From NCBI GenBank assembly GCA_030390025.1, contig CM059440.1, forward strand, positions 47,120,001 through 47,184,000: 64,000 bases of DNA. Direction: 5' to 3'. The notes under the pieces were generated by a model that saw only the letters and a program-made list of their open reading frames with translations, was not told the DNA's origin and did no database searches. This document shows positions 62,613 through 64,000 of this stretch, one piece after another. Position 1 is the stretch's first letter. Every line of letters begins with the position of its first letter. The translations under genes and the position numbers were made by a program. The stretch comes from Squalus acanthias. Its lineage: Eukaryota.

Positions 62613-63879
62613 AGTCAAAATGAGAAGTAAACGAGTCTGGTCCAATTAAACCATTGATTTACTAGCCAAATGCACATTACCATCTTGCCAGTTTTCCACT
62701 TAACCCACACTTGACATTTTGAACTTCTGCAGTTTTAGTCCATTATATTGACTCCAATGATTATGTAAAAAGGTTTATAGGGTGACTGACATTTGCAACC
62801 CAGTGATGTGATGGGAGTTATGCTGGTCTAATTGTGGATTAACACTGATTTAAAGTAATTGGTATAGAAGTTTAAACTCTCCTGCCCCACAATTACCACA
62901 TCCTTATTTGTCTAAAAATATAGCCCCTGTTCAATTTAATTTAACTTTATATATTTAAAAAAGAAACTATCCTGTGGCTTACATTTCTAATGCTAGAGTT
63001 GAAATGTGCTTGGGCTCAATTGCCCATTGCTCTCTCTGGAGCAGTACAGGCTACTGCGTACAGAGGCTAAACAAAATATTGAAGGTTTGAGATCAGCTTC
63101 AGATGTAAAGATGGTGGCTGTGATGAGAGCGCTTCAGGTTCTGCTGGATAGGAGGAGTGTGTAGTGCAGGTAAATACTGGAGAAGGTCATTGGACTTTAT
63201 CCTGTACTGTTTTTCTAAAATCTGAATGTAGAAGTTTTTAACTTCAATTGCAGTTTGGTGTTTTGTCAAATCAAATAATTTTGAAAGTTTGTACTTGTTT
63301 AATAATTGACTATAAAGTTCGCTTCACTTCCCTCTTCCAAGCTCCATTACTACACTGAGGCATTTAAGGCGCATTTTTTTTGTCTTGGAAAAGATAGACT
63401 TTAAATGCCTGGCTTTAAACTGACTGCACTGAGTTTGTTCTGGAAATTTGCAAAGTAACTTTGGAAAATCATTAGGTGTGCAAACACTTAATATGCTGAG
63501 ATATCTAATTGATGGGAATTTTGCTTGTGTACAAATACCTGTCTGCAATTTATAATTATTAAAACTGTTGCAGGTACAGTGTTTAGCAAATAAAATTTTT
63601 TTGCCACATGTAATAAGAGTGTAACTTAATTGCAGGATGGGCTGGGAAATTCAAATGTAGCCATCAATTAGTTATTGATGGTACATTTACAATCTTGAGT
63701 GGTAAATGCCTTAAAATTACTTGTGCATAGATGAATGTAAATGAAGGGAGAGAGTAATATTTGTGGGGAAATGAAATACTCGAATTCCCAGAATTCAAAA
63801 TATTTTGGGGTGAGGGGTAAAATCATTTTTCAACAGACTCCACTAAACATCTTTAAGCTTGAATCATTGGCTCAGTTAT

Positions 63880-64000
63880 GAACTCCAGGAACTCTAGGAC
63901 TAGGGGGTATAGTCCAAAAATTAGAGCCAGACCTTTCAGGAGTGAAATTAGGAAACACTTCTACACACACAGGGTGGTAGAACTTTGGAACTCTCTTCCA
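63880..64000 (+). mobile_element. CR1 LINE fragment running off the window
   Basis: RTRGYSPKIRARPFRSEIRKHFYTHRVVELWNSLP. Confidence 0.85.

Noticed and set aside
55589-64000. Search for exon 5 (AEGED.LKKMQLMELAILNGTYRD)
   Set aside because: No matching sequence seen by eye; presumed to lie beyond the window.
5650-64000. Strand bias of intronic CR1 insertions
   Set aside because: Roughly equal numbers lie on each strand.

Overview
This is vertebrate genomic DNA, almost certainly from a cartilaginous fish (shark), judging by its repeats: CR1 LINEs, SacSINE1-like DeuSINEs, Penelope-type termini and Harbinger/hAT/Tigger-type MITEs. It holds the promoter and first four coding exons of a quaking (QKI, STAR/KH-domain RNA-binding protein) gene on the + strand: 3680-3821, 26343-26485, 42665-42781 and 55445-55588. 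Together these give 546 nt (182 aa), all with GT-AG introns. Exon 5 was not found, so the gene continues past the window. Diagnostic residues suggest the qkia-type paralog rather than the ortholog of mammalian QKI. The rest is repeat-rich intron. The most notable structural observation is a CR1 3' tail ending 19 nt before exon 4, where the branch point would normally lie. An antisense copy of the same subfamily about 2.9 kb upstream is perfectly complementary to that segment. Also notable are a duplicated NF-Y/Sp1/TALE promoter module and inverted CR1 copies flanking exons 2-3. No prokaryote-style novel system, RNA gene or CRISPR array is supported. Repeat family names and paralog assignment are from recall, not database searches, and repeat boundaries are approximate.
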